IMG/VR virus record: IMGVR_UViG_3300020388_000009
Source: a virus
Taxonomy: Duplodnaviria > Caudoviricetes
Reading direction: 5' to 3' (one strand)
DNA: 64,000 nucleotides
Under the pieces are notes generated by a model, which saw only the letters and a list, made by a program, of their open reading frames with translations, made no database searches and was not told the origin of the DNA. Shown piece by piece: positions 62,220 through 64,000 of the stretch (its first letter is position 1; the number at the start of each line of letters is the position of its first letter). The position numbers and the translations under genes are program-made.

Positions 62220-64000
62220 TTAAGGTTTAATCACCCTTCCTTTTATATCATCATTTGGATATTTTATTTCAAATATACAAGGATCTAAAGAAGGATATAA
62301 AATATTATTTTTAATAGCTGATTTTACGTCATAAATATTTGAAGAATATACACCACCTACTTTATTTGTAAAATCAAAATCTACAACACTTTGTACGCCA
62401 TTAACTTTATCAAGCGATGAAATCAGGCTAGAAATATCAATCGGTCCATTTATTTGCATTCTTTCATTTGATAATAATGTTTTTAGTTTTGCAATACATG
62501 CAAGTATTACTTCATTACTGTTAAAATTAGGACGTGTAATAATTTCAAAGTCAACAGCTAAATTAATTATAAATGCTGTTTTACAATTTATAGCATCTGT
62601 TAACATACGATATTGTGATATATAAGTTCTTATATTCTCTTTAAGAGCCTGATTCGCTTCGACAAATTGACCGGACGTGTTATATGCTAACAAATATAAA
62701 TTTAACGCATATGGATTATCAATTATATCAGATGGATATGTTTGATCTGATACGTTAATTTGAGTATCTCCTACAATATATGCTTTTGCAACCGAACCAA
62801 ATCGTGATGGCATGGCATATACTCTTGCAATATAATCTTCTCTAGTAATTGCTCTATTTTGAGCCGCAAATGCTGCCATGGCATTTTGACGAATACTTTC
62901 GATATTATCTTTAGATTTCCCACCAGTTGCTGGTTCTGAATTTGTAACAGCAACTGATTGTTTTGAATCTGATAAATCTACTATATTTGTTTCATTTAAA
63001 TATGATATAGAATTTATCTTTGTTATCGAATTAACTCCTACATTATCTGTTACAGCTCCTCCTACGGTATAACGCACTGTTAATGTAGTATTTGAAGGAG
63101 CTATACCATATGTACTAGTATATAAAAAATTAGTAGGATCAATCGAATCAGTTGTTGTTCTCTTAAGGTATTCTAATCCCATTCCAACATTTTTTGGATT
63201 AGGAATAATTTCTTCATCTAAATCAGAAGAAATGCCAGATCCGAATTGTATCTCTAAACGATTATCATCACGTAACCGAGTAATAAATCTTCTAGGTGTT
63301 TTACGCAGTTTTAAGATATAAGGTACAGTAGATCTAAATTTAGATAAAGTTGGATCATTAAATGGTATATTTGCAATATCTTCAAAAATAGTATCTTGTG
63401 CTAAATAATCAACGTTATACCAATTATTACCTGCAGAATCTATTATACTTACAATATCAATTACATTTGTATCTGGCAATGTTATTCGATCATATGGTTT
63501 AGGACTATCAAACGAAAATTCCAATTGTTTTATTTCACCAGATTCAACACTAACTTGTTTCTTTAAAAGATATCGAGCAACATTTTTATCTCCATCAATT
63601 TCATATACAGATATTTCTGGATCATCGTTAAAATCAATTGGCTGTACTGTTCTAAATTTTACACCTTCTTCACTTTCTAATTCCATATTAGAGTCAATTG
63701 ATAAAGCATATGACATATCAGGCGCCGCATTTTCTCCGGAACCAGATGCAATTACTAATTGAAACACATCTAATTTAGATGTTGCTGGTGAATTTAATTT
63801 TGGTTTATATCCAAAAAGATGAGATAAAGCTAATACATTAGAATCTTCTTGCGCTGAATTTAGTAATGATTCGCGGAAAGATGTATCTGTATAGTATGAT
63901 AATACATCACCAACATATGATGCCATTTCTATAAACATCATACCAGGAGAAGATTCGTTAAAATCTTGATATGTATCCGGAAAATAATTTTTTGCAAAGT
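62220..64000 (-). CDS. Baseplate wedge subunit (T4 gp6/baseplate J-like), 5' end outside window
   Basis: The frame stays open beyond 63941 (..FAKNYFPDTYQDFNESSPGMMFIE..). LSYY.D....E..L..A, GYKP, FGSG, ATGG and QNRAIT.EDY motifs. Confidence 0.88.
   Translation of the reverse strand, partial: FAKNYFPDTYQDFNESSPGMMFIEMASYVGDVLSYYTDTSFRESLLNSAQEDSNVLALSHLFGYKPKLNSPATSKLDVFQLVIASGSGENAAPDMSYALSIDSNMELESEEGVKFRTVQPIDFNDDPEISVYEIDGDKNVARYLLKKQVSVESGEIKQLEFSFDSPKPYDRITLPDTNVIDIVSIIDSAGNNWYNVDYLAQDTIFEDIANIPFNDPTLSKFRSTVPYILKLRKTPRRFITRLRDDNRLEIQFGSGISSDLDEEIIPNPKNVGMGLEYLKRTTTDSIDPTNFLYTSTYGIAPSNTTLTVRYTVGGAVTDNVGVNSITKINSISYLNETNIVDLSDSKQSVAVTNSEPATGGKSKDNIESIRQNAMAAFAAQNRAITREDYIARVYAMPSRFGSVAKAYIVGDTQINVSDQTYPSDIIDNPYALNLYLLAYNTSGQFVEANQALKENIRTYISQYRMLTDAINCKTAFIINLAVDFEIITRPNFNSNEVILACIAKLKTLLSNERMQINGPIDISSLISSLDKVNGVQSVVDFDFTNKVGGVYSSNIYDVKSAIKNNILYPSLDPCIFEIKYPNDDIKGRVIKP

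Noticed and set aside
979-62953. Short alternative-frame minus-strand ORFs (979..1215, 11045..11227, 22548..22772, 61730..61936, 62771..62953)
   Set aside because: They are nested in well-supported genes and have atypical composition.
1-64000. Stop-codon reassignment (code 15 or 4)
   Set aside because: Core genes are full length under code 11, coding density is high, and TAG and TGA both end well-defined genes.
1-64000. Diversity-generating retroelement, invertible fibre cassette, introns, inteins or tRNAs
   Set aside because: I saw no reverse transcriptase, recombinase, adenine-specific repeat pair, inverted gene block or interrupted core gene. Intergenic gaps are short and none folds as a cloverleaf by eye.

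Overview
This AT-rich 64 kb window is the virion-morphogenesis region of a large T4-like myovirus. The host is probably Bacteroidota, inferred from promoter shape, a bS21 gene and a Flavobacteriales-like domain. Every credible gene lies on the minus strand. In transcription order (right to left) the window holds: baseplate genes; a T7 endonuclease I-like resolvase, a primase and a single-chain Mre11-Rad50 (SbcD-SbcC) fusion; large virion proteins and a nearly stand-alone S74 chaperone; a nucleotidyltransferase plus ligase-like fusion; holin, large terminase, portal, putative internal head proteins and prohead protease; ribosomal protein bS21; scaffold and major capsid; an AAA ATPase and PhoH; then about 24 kb of repetitive fibre/appendage genes. 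Three signals are not explained by the gene list. (1) Expression signals fall into two classes. The five genes behind host-type TTTG-N20-TAnnTT promoters, including bS21 itself, have no Shine-Dalgarno (SD) sequence, whereas about 34 of the other 42 starts carry AGGA/GGAG-type cores. This suggests a bS21-driven ribosome switch towards late mRNAs. (2) An asymmetric [S/T]-[G/A/S]-S tripeptide saturates unrelated outer virion proteins and is almost absent from enzymes, which makes it a candidate modification sequon. (3) Fibre proteins are modular, with domain insertions at a fixed site. All counts were made by hand, family assignments come from motif recognition only, and no database search was run.
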